DNA of 61,332 bases. It comes from an uncultured Thermomicrobiales bacterium (GTDB lineage: Bacteria > Chloroflexota > Chloroflexia > Thermomicrobiales > UBA6265). The stretch is taken from contig CADCWF010000251.1 in the NCBI GenBank assembly GCA_902806345.1, forward strand, positions 1-61,332, in the 5' to 3' direction. The notes under the pieces are model-generated. The model saw nothing but the letters and a program-made list of their open reading frames with translations, had not been told where the DNA came from and ran no database searches. Positions 46,613 to 56,344 of the stretch are shown in pieces (the stretch's first letter is position 1; every line of letters begins with the position of its first letter). The translations under genes and the position numbers were made by a program.

Positions 46613-47905
46613 GTGAGAACGGAGACGAGGATCCGCACCGTCGGGCTGGTGCTCGCCCTGGTGGCGATGCTCGCGCCGGCGTTGCTGGCGCGCACGTCCG
46701 AACCGGTCGCGGCCCAGGCATCCGGTGAGGTGGCGCTCTGGACGGAGTTCACCGCCGGCGGCGAGAAGACCGGCATCGAGCGGTTGATCGAGGACTGGAA
46801 CGCCCAGGGCAACGGGGTCACGATCAGCCACCGGCCGATCGGCAACGAGCAGTTCTTCACCGTCATCCGGACGGCGCTCGCCGGCGGCCAGCCGCCGGAT
46901 CTGCTGCAGTACGAGGGGTACCAGCAGACCCGGGACTTCGCCGGGGCCGGCCACCTGACCGACCTGACGGAGTGGTGGACCGCGAACAGCGAGAACTTCG
47001 TGCTGCCGGAGGCGGGCGCTCGGGCCTGCACCTTCGAGGGCAAGATCTACTGCGTCCCGTTCACCTACCAGACCGGCTGGCAGATCTACTACAACCCCGA
47101 GATCCTGGAGGCGAACGGGATCGAGGTGCCGCAGACCTACGAAGAGTTCCTGGCCGCCGCCGAGACGCTCAAGGCCGCCGGGGTGACCCCGATCTCGCTG
47201 GGCGCCAAGGACGGTTGGCCGTCGACCCACTGGTACATGGCCTTCCTGGTCCAGCGCTGCGGCGTCGAGACGGTCTACCAGGCGATCGAACGGAACGGCG
47301 CCAGCTTCACGGACGAGTGCTTCGTCCAGGCCGCCACCGACCTCCAGAGCCTGGCCCAGGCGGGTCACTTCTCGCCGGGCATGGTCAGCGACGACTTCGG
47401 CACCGCCGAGGCGCTCTTCCTCGCCGGGCGGGCCGCTTTCTTCCAGACCGGCAGTTGGTTCGCCTCGGGCTGGGAGGAAACCCCACCCAATTTCGAGGTC
47501 GGGATCATGCCGTTCCCGAGGCTGACCGACGCCGTCAACACCGAGGACATCACCGGCGCCGTGACCCACGTCCTGGCGATCCCGGCCGCGGCGGCGAACC
47601 CGGAGGCGGCGATGGACGTCCTGGAATGGATGTCCAGCGAGGAGGCCGCGAACACCTGGGCCGCCAACGGCAACATCTCCATGTACGAGGGCGCCGTCGA
47701 AGCCAGCGCGCCGCAGGTCATCAAGGATCTGTGGGCGACCGTGCAGGAGGCGGAGCGGGCCCTCCCGTGGATCGAGAACGAGCTGCCGCCGGGCGTCGGT
47801 GAGGACAAGGTCTACACCGGCACCGTCGCCTTGCTCAGTGGCTCGTTGACGCCAGAGGCGTTCTCTCAGGCGATCCAGGACGCACTCGAAGCGTCGGCCG
47901 AGTAG
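46613..47905 (+). CDS. ABC carbohydrate solute-binding protein (Sec-type signal)
   Basis: SD AGGAGG then GTG 46613. Hydrophobic signal ending VAAQ; IYYNPEIL...EVPQTYEEF and AAFFQTGSW. Confidence 0.92.
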   Translation: MRTETRIRTVGLVLALVAMLAPALLARTSEPVAAQASGEVALWTEFTAGGEKTGIERLIEDWNAQGNGVTISHRPIGNEQFFTVIRTALAGGQPPDLLQYEGYQQTRDFAGAGHLTDLTEWWTANSENFVLPEAGARACTFEGKIYCVPFTYQTGWQIYYNPEILEANGIEVPQTYEEFLAAAETLKAAGVTPISLGAKDGWPSTHWYMAFLVQRCGVETVYQAIERNGASFTDECFVQAATDLQSLAQAGHFSPGMVSDDFGTAEALFLAGRAAFFQTGSWFASGWEETPPNFEVGIMPFPRLTDAVNTEDITGAVTHVLAIPAAAANPEAAMDVLEWMSSEEAANTWAANGNISMYEGAVEASAPQVIKDLWATVQEAERALPWIENELPPGVGEDKVYTGTVALLSGSLTPEAFSQAIQDALEASAE

Positions 47906-47938
47906 GCAAACGGCGGCGCTGGTGAATCCGCGCCGGAT

Positions 47939-47976
47939 GGAAGGGGAGGCCGGCCGAGCGGCGGGCCTCCCCCTCC
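47939..47976 (+). other. Intergenic stem-loop after the SBP gene
   Basis: GGAAGGGGAGGCC (47939-47951) pairs with GGCCTCCCCCTCC (47964-47976) at 12 of 13 positions. Confidence 0.7.
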
Positions 47977-47992
47977 GAACCGAGACGAAGGG

Positions 47993-48955
47993 ATGCGATC
48001 CATGAGCACGCAGGTCGCCCCCGTAACCAGCGCCGGGGCCGCGGTGCCGGCGGCGAGGCTCGCAACGCGGACGCGGTCGGTGCCGAGACACTGGCTCCTG
48101 GCGCTGCCGTTCCTGCTGCCGGCGCTGGTCTTCTACGTCGTCTTCCTGCTGGTGCCGCTGCTCGGCACGCTCGCCCTCAGCCTGACGGAGTGGACCGGGT
48201 TCAACTTCGCCGACATCCGCTTCGTCGGCTCCGACAACTTCCGGGCCATGGGTCAGGACCCCGTCTTCTGGCAGTCGCTCCGGCACAACGTCGGCTTCCT
48301 CGGCGGGTCGGTCGTCTTGAAGACGGTCGTCGCCCTCTTGCTGGCCCTGGCGCTCGACCAGCGGTTGCCCTTCAGCAACTTGTTTCGCGGGGTCTACCTG
48401 ATGCCGGCCGTCATCTCGCTGGTCGTCGTCGGCGTCGTCTTCACGCTGCTCTTCAGCCCCTCGCTCGGGCTGGTCAACCCGTTCCTGACCGCGATCGGGC
48501 TCGGCCGCTTCGCCGGGGCCTGGCTGGGCGACCCGGCCCTGGCGCTCCCGATCCTGATCGTGATCGACGCCTGGCACGGCTTCGGGCTCTACATGTTCCT
48601 CTTCATCTCCCGCCTGATCGCCATCCCCCAGGATCTCCACGACGCCGCCCACGTCGACGGCGCCGGCGGCTGGCAGGCGATCCGCGACGTCACCCTGCCG
48701 CTGATGAAGAGCATGGTCGCGATGGTCGTCCTGCTGGCGGCGATCGAGAGCTTGAAAATGTTCTCGCTCGTCTACGTGATGACCAAGGGCGGCCCCAGCC
48801 ACGCCACGGAGGTGCTCTCGACCTGGGCCTACTTCCAGGCCTTCACCGCCAACAAGATCGGCTACGGCAGCGCGATCCTGGTCGTCTTGCTGATCATCAC
48901 CTTCGTCCTGGCCTACATCCAGGTGACCCGGTTCCAGTTCGCCGACGAGGCGTAG
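47993..48955 (+). CDS. Carbohydrate ABC permease (MalF-like)
   Basis: FVGSDNF, IAIPQDLHDAAHVDGA, and TKGGP. Confidence 0.93.
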   Translation: MRSMSTQVAPVTSAGAAVPAARLATRTRSVPRHWLLALPFLLPALVFYVVFLLVPLLGTLALSLTEWTGFNFADIRFVGSDNFRAMGQDPVFWQSLRHNVGFLGGSVVLKTVVALLLALALDQRLPFSNLFRGVYLMPAVISLVVVGVVFTLLFSPSLGLVNPFLTAIGLGRFAGAWLGDPALALPILIVIDAWHGFGLYMFLFISRLIAIPQDLHDAAHVDGAGGWQAIRDVTLPLMKSMVAMVVLLAAIESLKMFSLVYVMTKGGPSHATEVLSTWAYFQAFTANKIGYGSAILVVLLIITFVLAYIQVTRFQFADEA

Positions 48956-49012
48956 AGCGGCCACCGGGAGCGGCCCCTGTCGCGACCGGACGACCGCAGG
49001 GAGGAGGAACGC

Positions 49013-49840
49013 ATGCGCCGCGGGACCGCGATCAAGATGGCGATTTTCTACCCGTTCTTCCTGCTGATCTCGGCGGTCATCCTCTACCCGTTGGTGTGGA
49101 TGGTCTACAGCTCGTTCAAGAGCAACGACGACATCTTCTCCGATGTCTTCGCCTTGCCGCAGGTGCTCTATCTGGGCAACTACCAGACGGTCTTTTCCGA
49201 AGGCGCAATGGGGACCTACTTCAAGAACAGCCTCCTCATCTCGGTCGTCTCGGTTGCCGGGTTGCTGGCCTTTTCGGCGCTGGCCGCGTATGCCTTCGCC
49301 ACCTTCGAGTTCCGCGCCAAGAACGTGCTCTTCGTCGTCTTCCTCCTCGGCCTGATGGTGCCCCCGCAGGCGCTGATCATCTCCGGCTTCAAGCTGATGT
49401 CAATCCTCCGGTTGATCGACACCTACTGGGCGCTGATCTTCACCTACTTCGGCTGGACCTCGTTCGGCATCCTGGTGCTGCGTAACTTCTTCCAGTCGGT
49501 GCCGCAGGAGATCCGCGACGCGGCCAAGGTCGACGGCGCCGGCCACTGGCAGCTCTTCACCCGGATCATGCTGCCGCTGGCCCGGCCGTCGCTGGCGACG
49601 ATCGCGATCTTCAACTTCATGTGGGTCTGGAACGAGTTCATCTACCCGCTCGTCTACACGCAGTCGAACGACAAGTACACCGTGCCCCTGGGCGTCCTCT
49701 TCCTCAACAGCCAGTACAACATCGAGTGGGGCCTCCAGATGACCGGCCTGACGGTGGCGACGCTGGTGCCGCTCCTCGTCTACCTGATCTTCCAGCGGCA
49801 GTTCGTCCGCGGCATCATGGCCGGCGCGCTCAAGGGGTAG
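49013..49840 (+). CDS. Carbohydrate ABC permease (MalG-like)
   Basis: RNFFQSVPQEIRDAAKVDGA and WVWNEF. Confidence 0.93.
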   Translation: MRRGTAIKMAIFYPFFLLISAVILYPLVWMVYSSFKSNDDIFSDVFALPQVLYLGNYQTVFSEGAMGTYFKNSLLISVVSVAGLLAFSALAAYAFATFEFRAKNVLFVVFLLGLMVPPQALIISGFKLMSILRLIDTYWALIFTYFGWTSFGILVLRNFFQSVPQEIRDAAKVDGAGHWQLFTRIMLPLARPSLATIAIFNFMWVWNEFIYPLVYTQSNDKYTVPLGVLFLNSQYNIEWGLQMTGLTVATLVPLLVYLIFQRQFVRGIMAGALKG

Positions 49841-49849
49841 GGCGCCGAC

Positions 49850-50110
49850 GTGATTGACCCAGCGGGAAAGCCGATCCGGCTCTCTGGACACGACGCAAGC
49901 TACCAGGAGCGGCGCGGCTTCGTGCCAGAGGAGGTGGAGGCGGCGATTCGGGGCAGCGATTGGCAGCCGGCCTGTGGGGACCGACTCGAAGGGTCGATCG
50001 ACCTGCCGTTCGACGCAGTTGTCCAACCACCCGATCGCGGCCGAGGCATAGGACAACGTTCCCGACTGCCGATGTCAGGGTCGGGAGGCGGATGCGGTGA
50101 TCGACTCCGA
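49850..50110 (+). pseudogene. Probable decayed DUF4258-like (RelE/colicin-D-like toxin) gene
   Basis: KPIRLSGHDASYQERRGFVPEEVEAAIRGSDWQPACGDRLEGSIDLPFDA resembles the DUF4258 N-half as I recall it (xSxHAxxxxxxRGIxxEEVxxAI). Similarity then breaks down and the frame runs into the convergent gene. Confidence 0.45.
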
Positions 50111-50133
50111 TCGGAAGCAGCCGATCGAAGGCT

Positions 50134-50967
50134 TCAGTCCAGCTTGAAGTACTTGAACGTCTCGGCGTACTCACCATGGTCCGGGAAGCGTTCGGCATCC
50201 TCCCTGGCCCACTTGCGGATCTCCGGCTCCGGGTCCCACTCGCCCATCTGGCTCTTGTGGCAGCGGAGCGCCGCCAGCTTCGTCTCCATGTAGGCGGTGA
50301 TGTCGATCGCTACGTCGGGCGCGTTCGCCCCGGCCAGATAGACCTCGCGCACCTTGTGCGGCTCCAGCCCCTCGGCCAGCAGCTCGGGGAAGGTCATCCG
50401 GTCGCGGGCGGCGGGGTAGACCGCATCCAGGGTTGCCTCGCCGGCGGCGCGGTGGTCGGGGTGGTTCAGGTAGTTCTGGCCAACGAAGCGGACGGTCGGG
50501 TCCTGGCAGACGACGACGTCCGGCCGCAGCGTCCGGATCACCCGCACGAGCTCCTTCCGCATCGCCAGGTCCGGCACCAGCATCGCGTCGGCGTAGCCGA
50601 GGAACTGGACCTCCTGGACGCCGAGGACGGCGCAGGCGTCGCGCTGCTCGGCGGTCCGGGTGGCGACCAGCGCCTCCGGCGTCACCGCCGGATCCTCGCT
50701 CCCCTTGTCGCCGGAGGTGAGCAGGACGTACGTGACGTGGTGTCCCTCCGCCACCCAGCGGGCGACGGCACCGGCGCAGATGAACTCGGCGTCGTCCGGG
50801 TGGGCGAAGATGACCGCGATCCGGTTGGGACCGGACGGGTCCGGGTGGCGCTGGGCGTCTTCGGCGGCCTCGAACGACTCCGCGTCGACTGCCGCCGACA
50901 GGCGCGCGTCCTCGTCGCCCTCCGGCTCTCCGCTCGGCCCGTGGTCCTGTGCCGCCATCCCTGCCAA
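50134..50967 (-). CDS. PIG-L/LmbE family deacetylase (MshB/Mca/BshB-like)
   Basis: AHPDDAE and HPDH zinc motifs, and KLAALRCHKSQ. Confidence 0.92.
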   Translation of the reverse strand: MAGMAAQDHGPSGEPEGDEDARLSAAVDAESFEAAEDAQRHPDPSGPNRIAVIFAHPDDAEFICAGAVARWVAEGHHVTYVLLTSGDKGSEDPAVTPEALVATRTAEQRDACAVLGVQEVQFLGYADAMLVPDLAMRKELVRVIRTLRPDVVVCQDPTVRFVGQNYLNHPDHRAAGEATLDAVYPAARDRMTFPELLAEGLEPHKVREVYLAGANAPDVAIDITAYMETKLAALRCHKSQMGEWDPEPEIRKWAREDAERFPDHGEYAETFKYFKLD

Positions 50968-51208
50968 ACCCTCCCGGTCGGTGCGCCCATCCTGCCGGGC
51001 AGATCATAGACGAGGCGCGTCCCGGCGCGGTGCCGCGGCGCGACCGGACGGCGTCGGTAAGCCATTGCGTCCGGCGCGTGACCAGTTCGGACCGTGCCCG
51101 ACGTACCCGTGGCGGCCGACCAGTCGTGGCGCCCCGCGGGGCGCCGTCCAGCCACTATAGTTGGCGGGTCCACCATTGCCGGCCTCCCCGCGCTCGCCCC
51201 AGGTGCCG

Positions 51209-51694
51209 ATGACCCCCGACCAGCCGCCCCCGAACAACCTCGATCCCCGCGCGGTCGCGCTCTGGCGGATCAACGCCGCACTCGGGGCGTTGCCGCCGCT
51301 GGCGGGCGCCGCGTTCGCCGCGTTCCTGCTCGGCCGGATCGACCGGCTGCCAGCCTGGGTCGGACCGACCTTGGTCGGGTTGGCCGTGGTCTGGGCCGTC
51401 TGGGAGGTCGGGCCGATGCCGGCGCTGCGCTGGCGGACCTGGCGCTATGGCATCGGCGAGCGGGAGGTCGACCTCCAGCGGGGCTGGTGGACCCGGACCC
51501 GGACGCTCGTGCCGATGGCCCGCATCCAGCACGTCGACACCGCCCGCGGTCCCCTCCAGCGCCGCTTCGGGCTCGCAAGCGTGGTGCTCTATACGGCCGC
51601 CGGGGCGAACGAGATCCCCGCCCTGGACGAGGCGACCGCCGCCGCCGCCCGGGAACGGATCGCCTCGCTGGCGAACGTCCGCGAGGACCTGTAG
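51209..51694 (+). CDS. YdbS-like membrane protein with bacterial PH domain
   Basis: Two TM helices, then WRYGIG...QRGWWTRTRTLVPMARIQHVDTARGPLQRRFGLASV. Confidence 0.88.
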   Translation: MTPDQPPPNNLDPRAVALWRINAALGALPPLAGAAFAAFLLGRIDRLPAWVGPTLVGLAVVWAVWEVGPMPALRWRTWRYGIGEREVDLQRGWWTRTRTLVPMARIQHVDTARGPLQRRFGLASVVLYTAAGANEIPALDEATAAAARERIASLANVREDL

Positions 51695-53488
51695 GTGGGC
51701 GACCGCGAGCCGGCGCCCCCCACCGATCCTGCCCGGGTGACGGAACCGCACCGTCCGAAGGGACATCCGGTTGCCGGAGGAGCCGACCGATCGGAAACCA
51801 CGGCGCCGACTGCGGCGGCGGACCGCCCCCGGGACGAGGTTCCCGAGATGGCAGTCGGGCTGCCCTCGATCGCGGCGTCCGAACCGGGACCGGACCGGGG
51901 TGACGTGCCGCCGCGGCGCCAGCATCCGGCCTGGATCGCGATCAGCGCGGTGCGGCAACTCCGCGGATTCGCGGTGCCGATCCTCGTCCTGGTCGCGTCG
52001 CGGGGCCGGGACGGCGATACCAGGATGCTGGTGCCCCTGATCGTGCTCGCGCTCGCGTCCGTGGTCTGGCAGGCCGTTGCCTGGCGGTTCCTCAGCTACG
52101 CCGTCGAGGGCGGCCGCCTGAAGGTCCAGTCCGGGGTGTTCGCCCGGCGGGAGCGGTTCGTCCCGGTCGAGCGGATCCAGGCGGTCGACCTGGGCGAGAC
52201 TCCCCTGCAGCGCCTCTTCGGCGTCGTTGGGGTTCGGATCGAAACCGCCGCTGGTGGTTCGGGCCAGGCCGACGTCGTGCTGCCGGCGGTCCGCCGGGCG
52301 GAAGCCGATGCGCTGCGACGGCGGTTGCTCCAGGACCGCGGGCCTTTGAGCGTCGGCTCGGCGGCCGCGCTGACAGCGGACGGTGCCCGCCCGGGAGCGG
52401 AAGCGACCGCCGAGGACGGCGAACTCCTGCGGCGGCTGAGCCCGCGGGACGTGTTGGTCGCGGGCGCCACCGCCGGCCGGATCGGGCCGGCCCTGGCGGC
52501 CGTCTCGTTCGGGTTCCAGTTTCTGGACGACCTCCTGCCGGAGTCGGCCTGGCGGGCGGTTACGCTCCAGGCTCCTGGCTACGGCGTTCGCGGGCTCGTC
52601 CTTGCGGTCGCCGTCGGGGCCGTCGTCGCCTGGGGGTTGTCGATCGCCGGGGCGGTGCTGACCTGGAGCAACTTCGAGCTCCGCCGCGACGGCGACCGGC
52701 TGCTGATCGCCCACGGTCTGCTCGACCGCCGCCGGCGTTCGGTGCCGCTGACCCGCCTGCAAGCCGTGTCCGTCGGCGAGTCGCCGCTGCGGCGGCTGTT
52801 CGGCCTGGCCGAGGTGCGGTTCGAGAGCGCCGGGTTCGCCGGCGCCTCCGGGGAGGCGGGCGTGCTCGTTCCGTTGCTGCCGCTGGCCGAGGCGCGGGCC
52901 TTCGTCACTGCCGCGACGCCGGGGTTTTCCCCACCGTCCGTGCCGGCGCTCTCCGCCCCGCCGCCGCGCGCGCGGGGTCGCTACCTGGGGGACGCGCTGC
53001 GGCCGATGGTCGGTCTGCTCGCGGTCGCCCTCGTCGCCGCCGCGCTGCTCCCTGCCGTGCGCTGGTGGTGGGGCGCCGCCGTGCTGGTGCTCTTCCCGCT
53101 CGCCGTCTGGGACGGCCTGCTCGCCTTCCGGGAGGCGGGCTGGACGATCGACGACGGGCGCTTCATCCTCCGTGAAGGCGGGCTCTCCCGCCGCACGATC
53201 GTCGCCCCGGTGCGGCGGCTCCAGTGGCGGACGGTGGTGCAGACGCCGTTCGCCCGGCGGGCGCAGCTGGCGACGACGGAGGCGGCGGTTGCCTCCGGTG
53301 GCGAGGGGGGTAGTCTGCGCCTCCGCCACCTCGACGAAGGGGTCGCCTTCGGCCTGCTCGCGCTCCTCGCATCGCCGCCGAGGTCCGACGACGCCAGACC
53401 TCACCCGCCGGACAGTGCGTCGGTACCGCAATCGCCGGGGTTCGGCGGGGCGGCGGACGAGGCGGTGCCCGCCGCTGGGTACACTTAG
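51695..53488 (+). CDS. YdbT-like membrane protein with three bacterial PH domains
   Basis: Repeated bPH motifs (VPVERIQAVDL..PLQRLFG; VPLTRLQAVSV..PLRRLFG; APVRRLQW..QTPFARR); starts directly after the ydbS-like stop. Confidence 0.88.
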   Translation: MGDREPAPPTDPARVTEPHRPKGHPVAGGADRSETTAPTAAADRPRDEVPEMAVGLPSIAASEPGPDRGDVPPRRQHPAWIAISAVRQLRGFAVPILVLVASRGRDGDTRMLVPLIVLALASVVWQAVAWRFLSYAVEGGRLKVQSGVFARRERFVPVERIQAVDLGETPLQRLFGVVGVRIETAAGGSGQADVVLPAVRRAEADALRRRLLQDRGPLSVGSAAALTADGARPGAEATAEDGELLRRLSPRDVLVAGATAGRIGPALAAVSFGFQFLDDLLPESAWRAVTLQAPGYGVRGLVLAVAVGAVVAWGLSIAGAVLTWSNFELRRDGDRLLIAHGLLDRRRRSVPLTRLQAVSVGESPLRRLFGLAEVRFESAGFAGASGEAGVLVPLLPLAEARAFVTAATPGFSPPSVPALSAPPPRARGRYLGDALRPMVGLLAVALVAAALLPAVRWWWGAAVLVLFPLAVWDGLLAFREAGWTIDDGRFILREGGLSRRTIVAPVRRLQWRTVVQTPFARRAQLATTEAAVASGGEGGSLRLRHLDEGVAFGLLALLASPPRSDDARPHPPDSASVPQSPGFGGAADEAVPAAGYT

Positions 53489-53549
53489 GGCATATCGTCA
53501 CCCGCCTCCGAGGTAACCCGCGCATCCGCCCACCCGAAGGACCGCCACC

Positions 53550-54674
53550 ATGTCCGCCACGACCCAGTTGACGAAGGAGCGCGTGCTCGAATCACTCTCG
53601 GCCGTGATCGAGCCGGAAGTGCTCAAGCCGCTGACCGAACTGAAGATGATCCTCGCCGTCGAGATCGCCGAGGCTACGGTGAAGGTGACGGCCGAGCTGC
53701 TCTACCCGAACGCGCCCTACAAGGATCGGCTCGAGGAGGAGATCCGAGCGGCCGTCGCCGGGTTGCCCGATGTCGCCGAGGTCGAGGTGATTTGGCACAA
53801 CCGGGTCCGCGCCAGCGGCCGGGGCAAGGCCGACGCCGAGCCGATCAAGGGGGTCAAGAACACGATCGCCGTGGCCTCCGGCAAGGGCGGCGTCGGCAAG
53901 AGCACGGTGGCGGTCAACCTCGCCGTCGCGCTGGCCCGGAGCGGGGCCAGGGTCGGCCTGCTCGACACCGACGTCTACGGGCCGAGCATCCCGCTGATGA
54001 TGGGGGAGACGGCGAAGCCGGCGGTGACCCAGATGGCGACGCCGGCCGGCCCGAAGAACATGATCGTGCCGCTGGAAGCGCACGGCGTCAAGGTGATGAG
54101 CATCGGCTTCCTGCTCGACCCGAACAAGGCGCTGATCTGGCGGGGGCCGCTCGTCGCCCAGCTCATCAACCAGTTCCTCAACGACGTGCTCTGGGGCGAA
54201 CTCGACTACCTGGTGATGGACCTGCCGCCGGGGACCGGCGACGTCCAGTTGACCCTGACTCAGAAAATCCCGATCGCTGGCGGCGTCATCGTCACCACCC
54301 CCCAGGACGTGGCGCTGGCCGACGCCCTGAAGGGGCTGCGGATGTTCGAGGACGTCAAGACGCCGGTAATGGGCATCGTCGAGAACATGAGCGGCTTCGT
54401 CTGCCCCTGCTGTGGGGAGCGGACCGACATCTTCGGCGAGGGCGGCGGCAAGCGGCTGGCGGCGGCCCAGGGCGTCGAGCTGCTCGGCCAGGTGCCGATC
54501 GAGCCGGCGGTGCGGGCGGGCGGCGACAGTGGCGTGCCGGTCGTCGTCGGCCACCCGGAGTCGGAGACGGCCAAGGCGTTCTTCCTGCTCGCCGAACGCG
54601 TCGCCGCCAAGCTGGCGAAGGACGCCGTCGAGCGGCCCCGCAAGGCGACGATCAAGCTGATGCAAGCGCGGTAG
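53550..54674 (+). CDS. mrp: Mrp/ApbC (Nbp35-like) Fe-S carrier ATPase with N-terminal DUF59-like domain
   Basis: SGKGGVGKST, DTDVYGPS, WRGP, DLPPGTGD, and ENMSGFVCPCCG. Confidence 0.95.
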   Translation: MSATTQLTKERVLESLSAVIEPEVLKPLTELKMILAVEIAEATVKVTAELLYPNAPYKDRLEEEIRAAVAGLPDVAEVEVIWHNRVRASGRGKADAEPIKGVKNTIAVASGKGGVGKSTVAVNLAVALARSGARVGLLDTDVYGPSIPLMMGETAKPAVTQMATPAGPKNMIVPLEAHGVKVMSIGFLLDPNKALIWRGPLVAQLINQFLNDVLWGELDYLVMDLPPGTGDVQLTLTQKIPIAGGVIVTTPQDVALADALKGLRMFEDVKTPVMGIVENMSGFVCPCCGERTDIFGEGGGKRLAAAQGVELLGQVPIEPAVRAGGDSGVPVVVGHPESETAKAFFLLAERVAAKLAKDAVERPRKATIKLMQAR

Positions 54675-54992
54675 CCAAGACGCGCCGTGCCCCTGCCGTT
54701 CTCAACCACGATCGAGGCTGAGTAAACGTTCAAGGTCGCCGTTAGCCAAAATGTCGCGAAGGAAAGCTGATAGTAGTACCCATCTTGTTTGGAGGTGGCG
54801 ACCATCAGTCCCGTGTCGGTGTGGCCGTTTGTGGGCGACCACCGGTCAAACACCCTATCATAACCGCCGCCATCACGCCCATATGGTACATGTGTTGCAC
54901 TCGTTCGGCCAGAACACCGCACAACACTAGGAGGCGCGTTCCCCCAGCAGCCATTCCAGTGCTACCCCGTATCTACTGGACAGCAATTTCGA

Positions 54993-56267
54993 TCAATCGT
55001 CGACCGGTCCCGCCTCGTCCACCGGCGTCGCCAGGGCCGCCGCCTCGGCCTGGAGGCGGCCGGGGTTGTTCTTCTCGCCAGCGGTGAACGGGTTGGCCCA
55101 GGCGGGACCAGCGGCGCCGTGGAAGCGGTCGGGCCGGAACGGCTCGAGGTCGCAGCCGGGGTCGCGGCCGGCGAGGAGGTCGGCCACGACGAGGCCGACG
55201 GCGGCGCCCCACGAGAAACCGCCGCCGTTGAAACCGGCCGCCAGCGTCAGGCCCGGCGCGGGGGCGTAGCGGCCGATCAAGGGCAACCCGTCGGCGGTGA
55301 ACCCCATGATGCCCGACCAAGCCCGGACCACGTTGACACCGCCGCCGCGCAGCGCCGGGAAGAGCCGGCCCAGGCAGCGGGCGATGCCGGAGAGCACGGG
55401 CGCGGTCACCCGCTCCTCGTACGTGCCGAGTCCCTCGGCCTCGTCGAGCCGGCGGTAGCCGCCGCAGAGGATCTGGCCTCCCGTGGTCTGCCGGCCGTAC
55501 TCCTTGTCGAAGTTGGTGCCGAAGGGTAGGGGGAGGAACGGCGCCACCGGCTCCGTCACCAGGATCTGGCCGCGCGCCGGGACGATCGCTCCCGGCGGCA
55601 GCTCCGGCAGCAGCTCCGGCGCGTAGGCATTGGTCGCCAGCACCACGTCCCCGGCCGGGATCGCCTCGCCGCCGGCGACCACCCCGACGACCCGCTCGTC
55701 GTCTCGAAGGAGCCCGTCGACAGAGGTCCAGGTGCGGATGTCGGCGCCGTGGCGGCGGGCGGCATCGGCGAAGCCGTTGACGAGCGCGAAGGGCCAGAGG
55801 TGGCCGCGGCCGGGCGCGTAGGCGGCGCCGAGGATGTCGGGCGCGAGCGCCGGCATCAGCGTCCGCGTCTCCCGTGGGTCGAGCAGTTGGACCGGGATGC
55901 CGGCAGCGCGCTGTTCGGCGACCGACTCCGCCAGGTGGGCATGCTGCTCCGGTGTGGTGATGACGTCGAGGGAGCCGGGCAGCCGGAGCTGGAAATCACA
56001 CCCGAGCTCGAGCTCCAGTCCGCGGAGCAGATCCAGGTTGCGCGTTGTCAGGGCGTAGACGGCGCGACCGGCGGCCGACCGGGCATGCATCGAGGAGCCG
56101 GCGCCGGTCATCCCGCCGTTGCGGCCGGAGGCGCCGGAGCAGACGCCGCGCCGCTCCAACAGCAGCACCCGACGCCCCTCGGCGGCGAGGCGGTAGGCGA
56201 TCGAGCAGCCGATGACGCCGGCGCCGACGACGACGACATCCGGGGAAGGGGAGACGGGGGCTGCCAT
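54993..56267 (-). CDS. FAD-dependent oxidoreductase (DAO / glycine-sarcosine oxidase family)
   Basis: VVVVGAGVIG, ASGRNGG, VVLATNAY, PARGQILVTE, RAWSG, and GFNGGGF. Confidence 0.92.
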   Translation of the reverse strand: MAAPVSPSPDVVVVGAGVIGCSIAYRLAAEGRRVLLLERRGVCSGASGRNGGMTGAGSSMHARSAAGRAVYALTTRNLDLLRGLELELGCDFQLRLPGSLDVITTPEQHAHLAESVAEQRAAGIPVQLLDPRETRTLMPALAPDILGAAYAPGRGHLWPFALVNGFADAARRHGADIRTWTSVDGLLRDDERVVGVVAGGEAIPAGDVVLATNAYAPELLPELPPGAIVPARGQILVTEPVAPFLPLPFGTNFDKEYGRQTTGGQILCGGYRRLDEAEGLGTYEERVTAPVLSGIARCLGRLFPALRGGGVNVVRAWSGIMGFTADGLPLIGRYAPAPGLTLAAGFNGGGFSWGAAVGLVVADLLAGRDPGCDLEPFRPDRFHGAAGPAWANPFTAGEKNNPGRLQAEAAALATPVDEAGPVDD

Positions 56268-56344
56268 TCGTCACCTGTCGGAGCATTCTCGCCAGCAACC
56301 GTCGCCGTCGGAAGCGATCGGACAGTCCACAAGCCGCCGCGTCC

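Noticed and set aside
54393-54420. CPCC instead of CPHC/CPNC in Mrp
   Set aside because: The CxxC motif is intact and the variant is within normal family variation.
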